Shown here: positions 23,601 through 36,734 of the stretch, piece after piece
Position numbering within the stretch: position 1 is the first letter of the stretch
How the letters are laid out: each line of letters begins with the position of its first letter
Source: Callorhinchus milii
Taxonomy: Eukaryota
Reading direction: 5' to 3'
Assembly (NCBI RefSeq): GCF_018977255.1
Contig: NW_024704743.1
Coordinates: 101,620,001 to 101,684,000 of the forward strand
Length of the DNA: 64,000 nt
The notes under the pieces: model-generated
Told to the model about the DNA's origin: nothing
The model's database searches: none
Seen by the model: the letters and a program-made list of their open reading frames with translations, nothing else
Made by a program: the position numbers and the translations under genes

Positions 23601-24834
23601 TTTAACATGATAGGCACTATATTAAATACAAGGATTGTAGGATTATTATTACCTATAGGTTCCTTTCATAAGTTGGGCAGCTGTCATCTTGATTCAGTCA
23701 GTAGGATACTTGCCTCAAATATTGTGGGTTCAAGGTTTACATTGGGACTCGCGCTGGTTGTCTGGCCTACACTGATGGGTGAATGCCACATTGTTCCTCA
23801 GATGAAATTTTAAATCCAAATCCAGTCTACCCTTTTCCTCCGGTGGATGCCAAAGATCCCATGATCCTGTTCAGAAAGACTTATTTCCAGTGACATCCTG
23901 GTTAATTCAGAAGAGTCATCCAGATTGATTCAGTTCAATCCTCCAGATTAACTAGGCATTTCTCTCATGGCTGTTATGATTATTGAGGCAGATTTTACTT
24001 TAGGCTGTTGTGTGAGGATGGCAACTGGGTTTGCCTACAAATATAGCCATTTTGAGAAATTGTAATGAGGTCCTATAAAGATGAAAATTCTTTATATTAA
24101 AATTGAGGCATTTCTTAACAAGAATCCTTTCTAAGAAATTCAAATGCTTCTCATACCTGTAAGTTTATTGCAATGATCTATTAGTTTCTGAAGGAGTAGG
24201 AAATGACTTCTGTCATGAGCATGCCATTATTTCATTTTGAAAATAAACCAGGTAAAATTGGCCATTCCCTTCATGGCTGTTTGTGGGATTTTGCACAAAT
24301 TGGCTGTTGTGTTGATTACAAAATATACAGTCATTACACTTCAAATAAATTCAGTGGGACACGATGAGATATGGAAGGTGATAGCTATATCAAGTGTAGG
24401 GATTATTAACTCCAGTTTCACCCAATAACATGTTGATCCAATCAACTTCTGAAGTGGCATGTCGGACTTCTAACTGAAATCATGTTGTACTAGATGGCTA
24501 AATGAATTGCAGACGAAGTCGTATCAATTCAGAAATCTAACGTGTTTGAGAGATCAGTACAAAGATTGAATAAATTTAAGAACAGAACATTCCCAAGATA
24601 TCTAGATCAGATTGGATAGCTGATAGCATCCTAGAATAAATGAGACAGGAACAATAGCTCTTATTTTTTGGAGCTCCAGCAATATTGAAGGTGGTTATCC
24701 AACTGGGAGGTATTACTTTAGCATTATTAAAGTAAAAGCAAGTTACAATTGTTTATCACGCTTTGTGAATATACTGGCTATACAATATGCAGTTTAACTG
24801 CAATTAAGCATCTTGGAGCGCTTCATAAACAGGA

Positions 24835-25195
24835 GCAAAAATTACATTTGTATAGCACCTTTCATGTTGAGAGGATGTCTCAAGGCGCTGGAAATCAGTG
24901 TTTTGAAGCTGAGCTGGGCATCGGGATCGGGAAGGGTGGAGGGCAGAGGAGGAAGGAGGGTGACCGAAGGCACGGTCGAAGAGAATCCTGAGGTGGGTCT
25001 TGAAGGAGGCAAGGGAGGGGGCGAGGCGGAGGGACTGCGGGATGGAGTTCCAGAGGGTGGGGGCAGAGTAACTGAAGGCTCGGCCACCGATGGTGGGGTA
25101 GGCAAGTCAGGGGGCGTGAAACTGGCTGGAGCCCGCTGAGCGGAGTGAGAGGGCAGATTGGTAGGGGGTCAGGAGGTCGTAGATGTAGGGAGAGC
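24835..25195 (-). mobile_element. L2 LINE 3' end
   Basis: Reverse complement of the ~23240-23600 L2 tail region. Confidence 0.8.
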
Positions 25196-27573
25196 AACAC
25201 AGATTGGGTCAACGCATTAATAGTCATTGCTTGCAACAAATCAATGGAGGCATGAACACATAGAATAAAACTTGCCCATGAGAGATTACGAGCAAGTATT
25301 TTACTGCAAGTATAGGATGTTTTGTGTCAGTTTAAATACAGAAGCTCATAGTTGTACTTGTTTCCTGGATGGGAACAATAATAATACGTGTCACTCGTTT
25401 GAAGATCTTGAATAACTTGTTCTGATTTATCTCTGGCCATGCCTTCATTCATCTCCCTTCTACCACTCATGTTCCACCTTGTTGGAATGGGCACTCTCTC
25501 CCTGGAGGAACTCCCTGCTTACCTAATTCCAGAGGTATTAATTGCAGGTTGGTGAGAGCCAAAATCTGGGGCCCCAGAGTTTGCTTAGCTTGCCATTGAG
25601 AGCCCGATCTGGCAAGCTATCTGCTACTTGTCCAGCTAGGATCACCCACCCATTGGAGCAGTGTTAACAGGAGCAGATTGAGAAAAATCCCCGCTCCTCA
25701 ATATGTTTTTTGCTGTATTTTTGATTTTATAGCATAAAATTATAATGTGTGCCCATTTGTAATTTTGAATCTATGCCACCTTGCTTAATCCCTGGGTTAT
25801 CTGTACTCATAATACAACCAGGTAGTTACAAAATACAAAGAAACTGTAATTGTGTGATGGGATGAAATGAATTTTGGGGTTGCGTAACTCCCTACCTTGA
25901 TCCTCCACTATTCATTGTTTACTGTAGATGCTATACTAGGGACTACAAAACATTATTCACCACATTGATAGGTGTAAATGGGTAAATATATATTCCTTTA
26001 TAGATAGAAACCCTAGAATTCCATGTCTGCACATTTTTCAATTGCCTCTATTGAGCCACTGCCTTTGCATGACATGTGTCCTATAGTATTGATGGGAATT
26101 GAATTTGTGGTACCTGGTGAATGTGTGCTCAATTAATGACAATTGGTAACTGCTAAAATATTTCTCTTTTGATTCATTATTGGTGTGCAAACAGTAAATA
26201 TCAGTCCACTTATTTGGACTTGGGCATAGGCGTATAGGAAATTGGTGTGCAAGAGTGGTGTTGGAAGAGCTTTCAGCAATGTAGGATATTAATGTGGATG
26301 AAATTGGAAGGTGAGTTTATTTAGCAATGGAGAAAATGTGAATATTCCATTTGAAATCAAGTAAGGCCAGGGTTAGTGTCAATATAGAAAGAAGGATTGA
26401 GTGGAGGTGCCAGGGGAGAGCTAAATGATGGAAAATATTTTGTTTTGAAGTTAATAGATTTGATAGTTGACATTTTGTGACCACTGTATAATGAACATGG
26501 ATTTTTCTGTGGTAATAAACAAAATGTGTGATCCGTTGAGTGCAACATTGAGGAAGGATATTGTTCATTTGGTGGTACATTTACCGACTTTGGTATTGTC
26601 TTCTAACAGGAAAGTGCACACAAACCAAGTCATTAAATTTGCTTTCAGTATAACTCCGTAATGTTTTCCTGACTAAACAGCGATTTTTTTTATATCAATA
26701 AATAATAAAATCCTATTCAATTTGTCTTTGGAAGAACTCTAGAATTCATTTAATCTTGATAAAGGTTAGATGTGTGTTTTATTCCACACTTCTGATAATC
26801 CTCTTCCAGGCGTTTGAGATCATTTACCAGCTAGCAGATATGGATTAAATATTATCTGAAGTGTGTGTGTGGGGGGGGGGGATTTCCCATAACAATAATG
26901 ACATTAGTATGTAGAAATTTTAGTGTTTGAAGACATTCTCGTTAGTGAATCTCCTTCCTCAGCCGCCATGAGAAACAGATCATTCAGATCATTGACATTG
27001 CTCTTCCTGTTGGTTATGTCAAATCCTTGAATCTCATTTTCCTGACTTTTCTCAATGCCCTTAATGCCCTTACAGTATTCCAGTCTACTTTGCCCTGTAT
27101 GTGGTTGTGGAGTAGGCGGTACATATCACATATGCACAATCCTTGGTGTGAAGAAATGGTTCCTGTTCTCACTTCTGATCGGTTTAGCACTCATTTTGAG
27201 ATTACATATGTCCCCTTTACTCTTCGTTCTCTAGCTTTAGAATTCCGTTAATTATTTTAAACACCTCTTTCAGTTAACCCCTTAATCTTCTCAATTCAAT
27301 TCTAAGGAATATACATAACCCAAGTCTACCCATCTCTTACTGAGGTTATGCCCTTCATCTCAGATATTAATGTAATGAACTGTTGCTCACCTTCAGGAAA
27401 ATTGGATGCAGAACACATCCAAGTTTCTCTTGTCACTGAAAGGAAGAGCTACTTAGCCAGAGACAGTACAACATGCATAATACACTACCAACCCGAGGCA
27501 TGTGTTGTCAGGCTGAACACTTAAAGAAATTGAAAGCAGGTTAAACAAATTAATCAGGAAAAAGAAGGAACAA

Positions 27574-27752
27574 GTAACATTAAGCTTTCTAAAGTGCTTC
27601 ACATATTTACTATCAATGTAGTGCCTTTTTTTGTTTGAAGGGAACACGCTAGCAATTGTATAGCACACGTAACATTAAGCTTTCTAAAGTGCTTCATATA
27701 TTTACTATCAATGCCTTTTTTTGTTTGGAGGGAACACGCCAGCAATTGTATG
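27574..27752 (+). repeat. Tandem duplication of a ~95-bp unit in EBAG9 intron 1
   Basis: GTAACATTAAGCTTTCTAAAGTGCTTCAYATATTTACTATCAATG...GGGAACACGCYAGCAATTGTAT starts at 27574 and 27669. Confidence 0.95.
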
Positions 27753-28077
27753 CAACACCCACAAACAACCATTAGGTGATTTAATACTCTGCTCTTTTAG
27801 CACTGCACTAGAGTCTATGAGCTCAGGTCCCAATGTGAACCCAGAATTCTGTAACCCAGACCTGAGTGAACAACTTGTTACTGGACTAATTTATGCTCAA
27901 ATAAAATTTTTCTTCTCCCCTCTTCCCTTTCTTCAGTGGTTTAATTGTTCCTGAAGGTTGAAGAAAAATCCTCTGGGAGAAGCATAGTGTATTTTTAAAT
28001 AGGAGTTAATTTAAATGTCTTAACTATATAAATACTGAACATTTTGGTATATTAATCCTGTGTTGTTTTTCCTGAAG

Positions 28078-28156
28078 GTCTGGAAGAGGTAGGAAGTTGA
28101 GTGGAGATCAAATAACCTTGCCAACAACTGTCGATTATACGTCCGTTCCTAAACAG
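28078..28156 (+). CDS. EBAG9: EBAG9 coding exon 2
   Basis: tttttcctgaag|G ... CAG|gtattg; (R)SGRGRKLSGDQITLPTTVDYTSVPKQ. Confidence 0.96.
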
Positions 28157-29315
28157 GTATTGAAAACACTATCCTGATCATAATACGAGCAATTATTTTC
28201 CATTTGAGGTTTATTTATTTCACAATCTCAGGATGTGAGCCAATGGATTCGATGTTGACTTACTGGGAAGATTTTTCTTAATTCAAAGTAAAAGAAACTG
28301 CAGTGCATTACTGAAGTTGCAGCCCAGAATGTCTCCATTCATTTCAGTGAAGATTGATATTTCAGACCCAGGAAGCACAATAATAATCCTTATAGAATAT
28401 TAATCTTCATTTGATATAAAGCCTTTCATGTCAGGAAAATTCACAGTGTGATTCACATTATTCACTGTGTAGTGACTATTTTTGTAGACAAAATTAGCTG
28501 CAGCACTTAAACCCTCTTCCCCCTCACACTTTCCCCACCCCTGCCTGTATGGATGAAACTGAAGCATTAGTGATATATACAGTCATACAGCTTCAACGGA
28601 TAACTAGCTTCTCCAGGATGACTGCAGGGAAAAGGAAAAGGAGACTCAAACAGCAGTTTTACATGGGCAGACGAGTGAAGTTGTTCAGTACAAGTAATAT
28701 ATCAACCATTTCCCAGCCCCTTGGGACGTCCTCCTGACATGGAAGGTGCTATACAAATGTAATCTTGTTTTTGTTGTATTTTCATCGTATGAATTGAAAA
28801 ACTAATGTATTGGATGTGGAGGGATGCAAGTATATTTTTGTATTACCATTTCTCTCTTTGGTCTGTGTTGCTTTTATGCTGGATTGTTCTATTCAAAAAA
28901 AGGAATAGTGAGAAATAGTTTTCCAATTTTACTGCCATTATCGGTTACTGTAGATAGTACAGTATCACTATTTTGAACAGTTTTGGACAATTCATGATGT
29001 GTTTTCATTAGCTATTGGGTAAAGAGCACAGTATTGGCATAAGATTTTAACCAATGTACTTGGTGAGCCAAGATTTAGATTGATAGCTTTACTGGTATTC
29101 AGTAGTGTTAACACTGGTGGGTCATACATTGTACTGAAATTGTGCAAAATATGACTGTTTCAATTTGTGTGGTGAGGACAGTAAATGGAATAGAGGTGCT
29201 GCTTTCTCAGAAGACTTAAGACAGATATTTAATTTGTACAAAACATGCAGCATTTATAGTGGTATATTATGTGAATTAAAATGAAATCCAAACAAGACTT
29301 TTTGTTTTCTTCAAG

Positions 29316-29468
29316 GTTGAGGTAGAAGAATGGAGTTCCTGGGATGAGGATGGTCCAACCAGTATTAAGATTGAAGGAGGCAGTGGTAATCTGCAGAATG
29401 GTACTGGAGAATCTGACGAGCCTGACTACTTTAAAGACATGGCACCAACCATAAGAAAACCTCACAAG
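29316..29468 (+). CDS. EBAG9: EBAG9 coding exon 3
   Basis: ttcttcaag| ... AAG|gtgtgt; VEVEEWSSWDEDGPTSIKIEGG...EPDYFKDMAPTIRKPHK. Confidence 0.96.
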
Positions 29469-29902
29469 GTGTGTACTGTTGTTTAAAGTGGAATTTCTAT
29501 TGTGCTTTTTACTTTAATTTATTTTTTAACTCTCCAAATACAATATAAACATTCAGTCAATGCCTAAAATGGGGCGAGAGTTCTGTTTTGATATTAGACT
29601 TTTATAGCCCAAAGCTAATAATTACATTTCAAAAAATGTATAGAGCAATTTGACAAAAATCAGGCAGCAAAATATATATGCTGAACTACTTGAATAAAAA
29701 TGGCTTTTTTTTAATAAACTTGTTTGTAAATAATAATCCTTACATATGATGTAGGACCTCTGATTGAAATATTTTAAGGGCTTCACAGACAAATTACCAA
29801 GTTATCTGGAGGGTTGTTTGAGAGAAACTCCATTCTGATTTTCATATTGTATCATGGGGATCCTTAACGTTCATGGGGACACATAGGTGAGGCCTTGGGT
29901 TA

Positions 29903-30103
29903 AGGATTCCTGTAGCTCAGTGGTTAGAGCACTCGCTTTGTAAGCGAGAGACTGTTTGTGGGACACTGCTGTGCGCAATTGGCTGCCACATTTCGCCCAC
30001 AAATATACAATCAATTCACTTTACAGTCTGTTCTGTGAAGTGCTTTGCGACGTCTAGAAGATGTGAGAAATGCAATAACAAATACAAGGATTATTATATT
30101 ATT
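29903..30103 (+). mobile_element. Internally deleted tRNA-SINE
   Basis: Head GGATTCCTGTAGCTCAGTGG...GCGAGAGAC joined directly to body TGTTTGTGGGACAC; B box absent. Confidence 0.85.
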
Positions 30104-30421
30104 AAAATTTTAGCCAATGGTTGAGTGTCTCATCTAAAGGAGAAGTAGTTTTATAGTTGTTTAAATTATATGAAATTTGTTTTTCTTCGGATCAATATTA
30201 TGCTTTTAATTCCTGTAATTTCATAGATTGAGGTTTTTCTTCTCCACTCTGAGGACTTGTTTAAAAAATAAATTTGCATTTCAGTGTTGATAGGATTTGG
30301 GTAAGTTTTCAATAGAACAGTGCAATGTTTAAGAATTTTAGGACTTAATTTGACTTCAGTCAGTTTGCTTTTAAAATGTTCCCATTTATAATTTAACCTT
30401 AAGTGTTGTGGTGTTTCTCAG

Positions 30422-30529
30422 ATTATTATTAAGAAGAAAGAACCAATAAATTTTGGGATACAAGATGGCAGTTTGGGATACTCCAGCAGGCTAGCAGCTA
30501 CGCAGGACATTGCCTTCAATCAGCCAACG
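30422..30529 (+). CDS. EBAG9: EBAG9 coding exon 4
   Basis: tttctcag| IIIKKKEPINFGIQDGSLGYSSRLAATQDIAFNQPT |gtaagc. Confidence 0.96.
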
Positions 30530-30893
30530 GTAAGCAATTCCTTTACCTGTTTCATTTAGTTTTGTTTCCACTGATGCTAACAAAGACACCCTAAACAATA
30601 ACTGGCAAGCAATAGGCCGTCCTTTGCATTTGCTCACAACTGAGCTTGTAATGCAGAATTAAGATCAGTAGCAATTTTGAGCAAGACAATGGACATAAGT
30701 CATTCTGAGATTTAGAACTAATTTTCCATCGCCATTGCTGCATGTTTCAATCTCTAAATTGCCAGAGTTTAAATATTGTTGGAAAGTTTATTCTGCCGAC
30801 TTGATATTCCATGATAGAAAGATGTATGTTTTGTTGTATGTTTTATTACAGGGCTTGGTTTTACGATAATTGCTTTTGATGGTTTGCTTGCAG

Positions 30894-30985
30894 GTAGAAC
30901 TGGGGGATCTGGATACTTGGCAGGAAAATACTAATGCATGGGAAGAAGAAGGAGATGCTACCTGGGAGGCGGAGGAAGTACTTAG
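30894..30985 (+). CDS. EBAG9: EBAG9 coding exon 5
   Basis: ttgcag| VELGDLDTWQENTNAWEEEGDATWEAEEVL(R) |gtattt. Confidence 0.96.
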
Positions 30986-31691
30986 GTATTTAATTTTTGT
31001 TCACGAAACAAGTTGTAAATTGCAGTCTCAGTCACTAATTTTATGTGGAGACTAATAACCATTTTTGCCTTGAGGTGCTAGAGTTATAAAATCTGGCACA
31101 AAACCTGAGCTGGTGATTTGACATGACCTTTGGAGAGGCAACTAGTATTGCAACAAATGATGTTTGCGCATTTGTGAACCACCTTTAACATTTTTTTGGT
31201 CCATCTCTTGCTACTCAATTAATGGTATAGGAGGTTGAGAGATGTACCTGATTTGGCTCGTGTCTTTTTAAAAAAAATTCTATTTGCCATTTATTTGGCT
31301 AGTGGAAATATCACAACATTGTAGTTGTGGTTTGTGTACTCACAAACATTTTGATGTGAATGCAGTGTTGATGTTTGAGGTGTGTTCACAACATGTATCA
31401 AATGTTGTTGGGTCAAATCACACTGGGTCTTAACTTTTCATTAGCATGCCAAAGCTCCTACCTACTGAAATAAAAGAAACATAGAATTTTACTGTGCTCA
31501 TTGTAACTGGAGACAGGCTTGCCTTCAGAGACAGAATTCATAGTATTTTGCATAACTGCAAGGATTTGAGTAGATTTTTTGATTTTACAATGTAATTTAA
31601 TCTTTATTGTTGTTTTTAATATTGCCTCAACCAAAATGCATAAACCACATTCATCTGTTCAGTTTCCACATCATCAGAAATTCCTTGCATC

Positions 31692-32840
31692 ACAACAGCA
31701 ACAACAAAATTACATTTGTATAGCGCCTTTCATGTCAGGAGAACGCCCCAAGGCGCTGGACGGACAGAGTTACGGACCTGAGCTGGGGATGGGGGAGGGT
31801 GGAGGGCAAGGGGGAAAAGCAGGGAGATCGAAAGCATGGTCAAAGACGAGGGTCCTTGAGATGGGTCTTGAAGGTGGCGAGGGAGGGGGTGAGGCAGAGG
31901 TTCTGCGGAATGGAATTCCAGAGTGTGGGGGCAGAGTGGCAGAAAGCTCGCCTGTCAATAGTGGGGCGAGCAAGGCAGGGGACGTGAAGCAGACTGGAGC
32001 CTGTTAAGCGGAGGAAGCGAACAGGATGATAGGGGCTTTGGAGTTTGCAGAGGTAGAGGGGAGCAAGACCATGGAGGGCTTTGAAAGTGAGGACCAGGAT
32101 CTTGAAACAGGACCAGGATCCTCTGTGTGATGGGAAGCCAGTGGAGTTGAGCAAGGATGGGTGTGATTGGGTTACAGAGCCTGGTGCGGGAGAGGACATG
32201 GGCTGCAGAGTTCTGGATGATCTGTAGTCTGTGGAGGGAGGAGTTGGGGAGGCCGACAAACAGTGAGTTTGCATAGTCGAGCCTCGATATAATGAAAGCA
32301 TGTATGAGGGTTTCGGCAGCCTGCTGTGTGAGACAGTGGCCGATCCGGGCGATGTTGCGGAGGTGGGGAAGGCAGAGCGGGTCATGGCACAGATGTGGGG
32401 TAGAAAGGATAGTTGAGGGTCAAACAAGACGCCAAGGTTCCGGACTGGCTCAGTGAGGTGGAGTGTGCATCCATGGATGGTGATGCTATCAGTGCCTGAG
32501 GTAAGAAGGCGCTGACAGGAGCCAATCAGGAGAGCCTCGGTTTTGTTGACGTTCAACTGAAGAAAGTTATCTCTCATCCAGGACTTGGTGTCTGACAGAT
32601 ATTCGGTCAGGACAGCAGTGGTCCTGGAGTCAAGGGGTGGGGGCAGAGAGGTAGAGTTGGGTGTCATCCGCATACATGTGGAAGTTGACTCCATGTCTTC
32701 GGATGATGTCACCAAGAGGGAGCATATAGATAATGAAGAGGAGGGAACCAAGGATAGAGCCCTGAGGAACGCCACACAAGACGGTCCGGGGGCTGGAGGA
32801 GAAGCCGTTTATGGAGATGAAGTGCAGGCGGTGTGAGAGG
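31692..32840 (-). mobile_element. 5'-truncated L2 LINE in EBAG9 intron 5
   Basis: [45 protein letters not shown]; (TTG)n tail; frameshifted. Confidence 0.92.
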
Positions 32841-33844
32841 ACAAAGGACAATTGTTCAAGGATGCTGAGCATTTTGAAAAACGGGAACCCTATTTTAGGT
32901 GTGGTGACTTGCCATGTAATTTTTCTGTGAGATCTTTTATCTGAGCATTATCTATTGTACTCTCATGTAAAGGAAAGCATTTTTTAATAACTGCCCTCTT
33001 AAGAATCAAAGATTGCTTTGTCATAAGTCATGTCTTCATTGTATTCAGATTTTTTTAAACTTCTGATGTCTGATTAAATAAGGGTGCTTTATAAATGCAG
33101 GTTTTTCATATTGGTTCATTTGACTTGGGCCCAGCAGATACTTTTGGGACTTTGATTTTATTTTGATGTTCTTTGGGATTCAGCTGATCTTATGTTAATT
33201 TAAGAGTGCCAAAGAGCCTATCCAGTTATTAATCTTTGGATTCAGCAAACTGAGTATTGCTGCAATTAAATAAAGCTGTGTTCAAAATCTACTTCAACAC
33301 ACTACAACCATCAACAGTATAATTTAGTAGGCAAAAAATTATCATACGATTCACATTATTTAGATCAATAACCTGACGTTACCAACTCTTACAGCACTGG
33401 ATGAGTTTACTTAATGGAGATGGAGGAAGGGAGGGTACTGTGCAAAGTTTGTAAAAATGTTTGTTGTGTTTGTTCATTTACTTCATATCCACTTTCTGTT
33501 TTATCCTACTTTTTGTATGAAAAATTGACTTGATTTCAACAATGATATATCCCTGCTCCTCTTCAGTCTTTGTATACCTGCAGCCCTACAAATAGATAAA
33601 ATAGAAAGCCCAGTGGGCCAGCTTTCAGTCATTCTACCCTTACTTGCTGGAACTACATCCCTCTGTCTTGTCTATTTCCTCCCCACCTTCAAGACCGCCT
33701 TAAGATCTGGGCTTTCGACTACTCTTTCGGTCACCTTCTTGTTGCTGTGTTCACTTACAAATGCAGTCACTATACTTTGCAATGAACTAAACACTCAGAC
33801 ACTATGTGAAGAACGTGATATAAATGCAAATTGTTGTTGAACAA

Positions 33845-34640
33845 GAGCATGGTGGGCTTTGAAGGTGAGAACCAGGATCTTGAATTGTATCCTCTGTGTG
33901 ATGAGAAGCCAGTGGAGTCGGGCGAGGATGGGGTTGATAGGGTCACAGAGCCTGGTGCTGGAGAGGACACAGGCTGCAAAGTTCTGGATGATCTCCAGCC
34001 TATGGAGGGAGGAGTTGGGGAGGCCGACAATCAAGGAGTTTGCATAGTCAAGTCTCGATGTAATAAAAGCGTGTATGAGGATTTTGGTGGCCTGTGGTGT
34101 GACATAGTGGCGGAGCCGGGCGATGTTGCAAGAGGTGGGGAAAGGCAGAGCAGGTCATGGCACAGATGTCGGGTAGAAAGGATAGTTGAGGGTCAAACAA
34201 GACGCCAAGGTTCTGGACTGGCTCAGTGAGGTGGAGTGTGCAACCATGGATGGTGATGCTATCAGTGCCTGAGGTGAGGAGGCGCTGACAGGAGCCAATC
34301 AGGAGAGCCTCGGTCTTGTTGACGTTCAACTGAAGAAAGTTATCTCTCATCCAGGACTTGATATCTGACAGACATTCTGTCAGGACAGCAGTGGTCCTGG
34401 AGTCAAGAGTGGAGGCAGAGAGGTACAGTTGAATGTCATCCGCATACATGTGGAAGTTGACCTCATGTCTGCAGATGATGTCACCAAGAGGGAGTATATA
34501 GATATTGAAGAGGAGGAGACCAAGGACAGAGTCCTGAGGAACATCGCACGAAACGGTGCAGGGGCTAGAAGAGAAACTTTGTGGAGATGCAGTGGAGGCG
34601 GTGTGAGAGGTACGATCTGATCCAGTCAAGGACAGAGCCG
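33845..34640 (-). mobile_element. Second L2 fragment in EBAG9 intron 5, very similar to 32065-32840
   Basis: ORF 34048..34629 (FHMYADDIQLYLS, WMRDNFLQLNVNKTE). Confidence 0.9.
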
Positions 34641-35175
34641 TGACAGAGCAAATGAAAGCATTTATTCTAAGTATTTATTTAATTAACCTTGCTGCTTATT
34701 CCCTTTATTTGAGTTGAAGCTCCATAGTCTGTACACCGGTGCAAGAAATGAGGAAGGCTGGAAAATAAACGCTAATTGTGTCTATATATGGTGGAAATGG
34801 TTTATTACCATGGTTGGTGAAAATACCAGTAAATAGAGTTTTGTGTTGAAACTGTGAACCAGGGCAGTGGTGAGATAACCGTTGCAAATTCAACACTGGA
34901 GGTGAAGCCTGTGAAAGGAATGCTCAGCCACTTGAAGCCTCGCACTTGCACGCACACAAAGACCTGAATCTCTCATTCTGAGCTCATCAGAGAGGCAATA
35001 AATAATATCAAGATTGTAATATTTGACTGTCAGATTTTTTTTTAAACCCAAAGGGATCAACGTACGGGGAGGTGGCGTTAGGTGAATTCACAGAGGCTGA
35101 TGTTTGATGGGCCCAGAGTCCCGGTACGCTATAATTTTTACGAATCTACCTCTTCTTTTCTTTGCCTGCCCACAG

Positions 35176-35296
35176 ACAGCAGAAGCTTGCAGAGCGGGAG
35201 AAGCGATCTGCTGAACAGCAAAGGAAGAAGGTGGAGAAGGATGCACAAAGGTTATTGAGAAAGGAACAGAGTAAAATTGCTGTGAAACTTTCATAA
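35176..35296 (+). CDS. EBAG9: EBAG9 coding exon 6 (C-terminal coiled coil, TAA stop)
   Basis: cccacag|A; (R)QQKLAEREKRSAEQQRKKVEKDAQRLLRKEQSKIAVKLS*; the six exons sum to 636 nt in one frame. Confidence 0.96.
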
Positions 35297-35897
35297 CCTT
35301 CAGTGTTTGGACTTGCAGCTGTAAGCAGGTGAACAAGATCCGGTTCTGCAATGTCGCCTGTTATCAGCTTGCTTTTGGTGAACAATGTTTTCCTAAGTAG
35401 TTACTACTGATGTGCATTGCACCACTGAGCATGTATTTTAACTCGAGTCTCCATTTGATGCTTGGGAATCTTCGTGGATTACTGGAAATCACTGGGATAA
35501 AATACAAGATTTTTACAGTGTATATATACATTTTTTTTTGTTCTCAGCCTCCACATCAGTGCATTGTCAAGTGCGATTCCTTACTGCACAAATTCCTGAA
35601 CATCAAACCAGATTATTCTATGGAATGATTCAGATTCCCCAGCTATGTATAAGAATATGCGTAGCTGGATGGACATAATTTATCTGCTGCGTGTAAAAAT
35701 ATCTTTCATTTGGAATTCTCAGCATAAAAGTGTGTGTTTCACGGTAAAGGGGGAGTGTTGGTTGACTGGCTTGTGGCTTTACTAATTAGCCACCAGTTCT
35801 GTTTTGTTACTAGACACTGAAATATTACTAATGAAATCAATGAATTTCTTAAAATAGGTTTGTGCTGTATATTCTTACAATGTTTATGAGCAAAACA

Positions 35898-36569
35898 AAT
35901 AAATGCCAGAGAATTACTACATTGGGCTTGTACATATTCAGTCTGTCAATTTGTCAGATTATAATAATTTAAGCATTAACGTGTCATTTTATTGTTTCTG
36001 TTGGATTTACCAAGAGTAGTTACCGATTCAGTTCAATAGAATTGTAATATCCAAGAGTGGCATTGCAGCGCAGAATACAAATTGCACAGGAATCCTAAAG
36101 CATACTGTAATGATACGAAGTTTAGTATATGTACCAGTCATACAATGTACACAAAAATACGTTGGATACTGCATTATAAAATTTGAAAGCATATGTAATA
36201 TAGCCCATTGAGTATCATATTGTGCCCTTTGGACACCAACAGAATCAACTTGGATTTGTGTCTTGCTCTTAATCAAACAGCTTTATTTTCATACTGCATG
36301 CTTGTTTCAAGCACCTTAACATGGCTTGAGGTGTACTTGGAGTGAAATTGTGTATTTCAGTGAAAATTGTCTTATTCTGGTCAGTTTGTCAAATGAATTC
36401 TTTAAACCAGGGTTAAGTGTAAAGTAACTTTCTGCCATTCTCTGGAATAAGGTACATCACTGTTCAGGTTTAGAAAAGGGAACAATACAACTTATTTTTC
36501 TTTGCTATGTACTTGCACTATTGTCATAATTCATATCCACCTGTTTGAATTGTGCTGATTTAAATTAAA
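35898..36569 (+). terminator. Candidate EBAG9 polyadenylation signals (AATAAA 35898-35903; ATTAAA 36564-36569)
   Basis: Hexamers in AT-rich, repeat-free sequence after the stop; usage unproven. Confidence 0.45.
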
Positions 36570-36734
36570 GGTGCTTACTGTACAGGTAACATTGAATGTA
36601 GTATTCTTAAGTAACTTGAAATCAACACGTAATTTTTTTCATATAATCTACCTGTGGGTTTTGGGGCTCATTTTCCAGTGTCAAAAATACACACTATGTG
36701 TGAAAATTAGTCACGTCTTTCTAAACTTTGCTGA

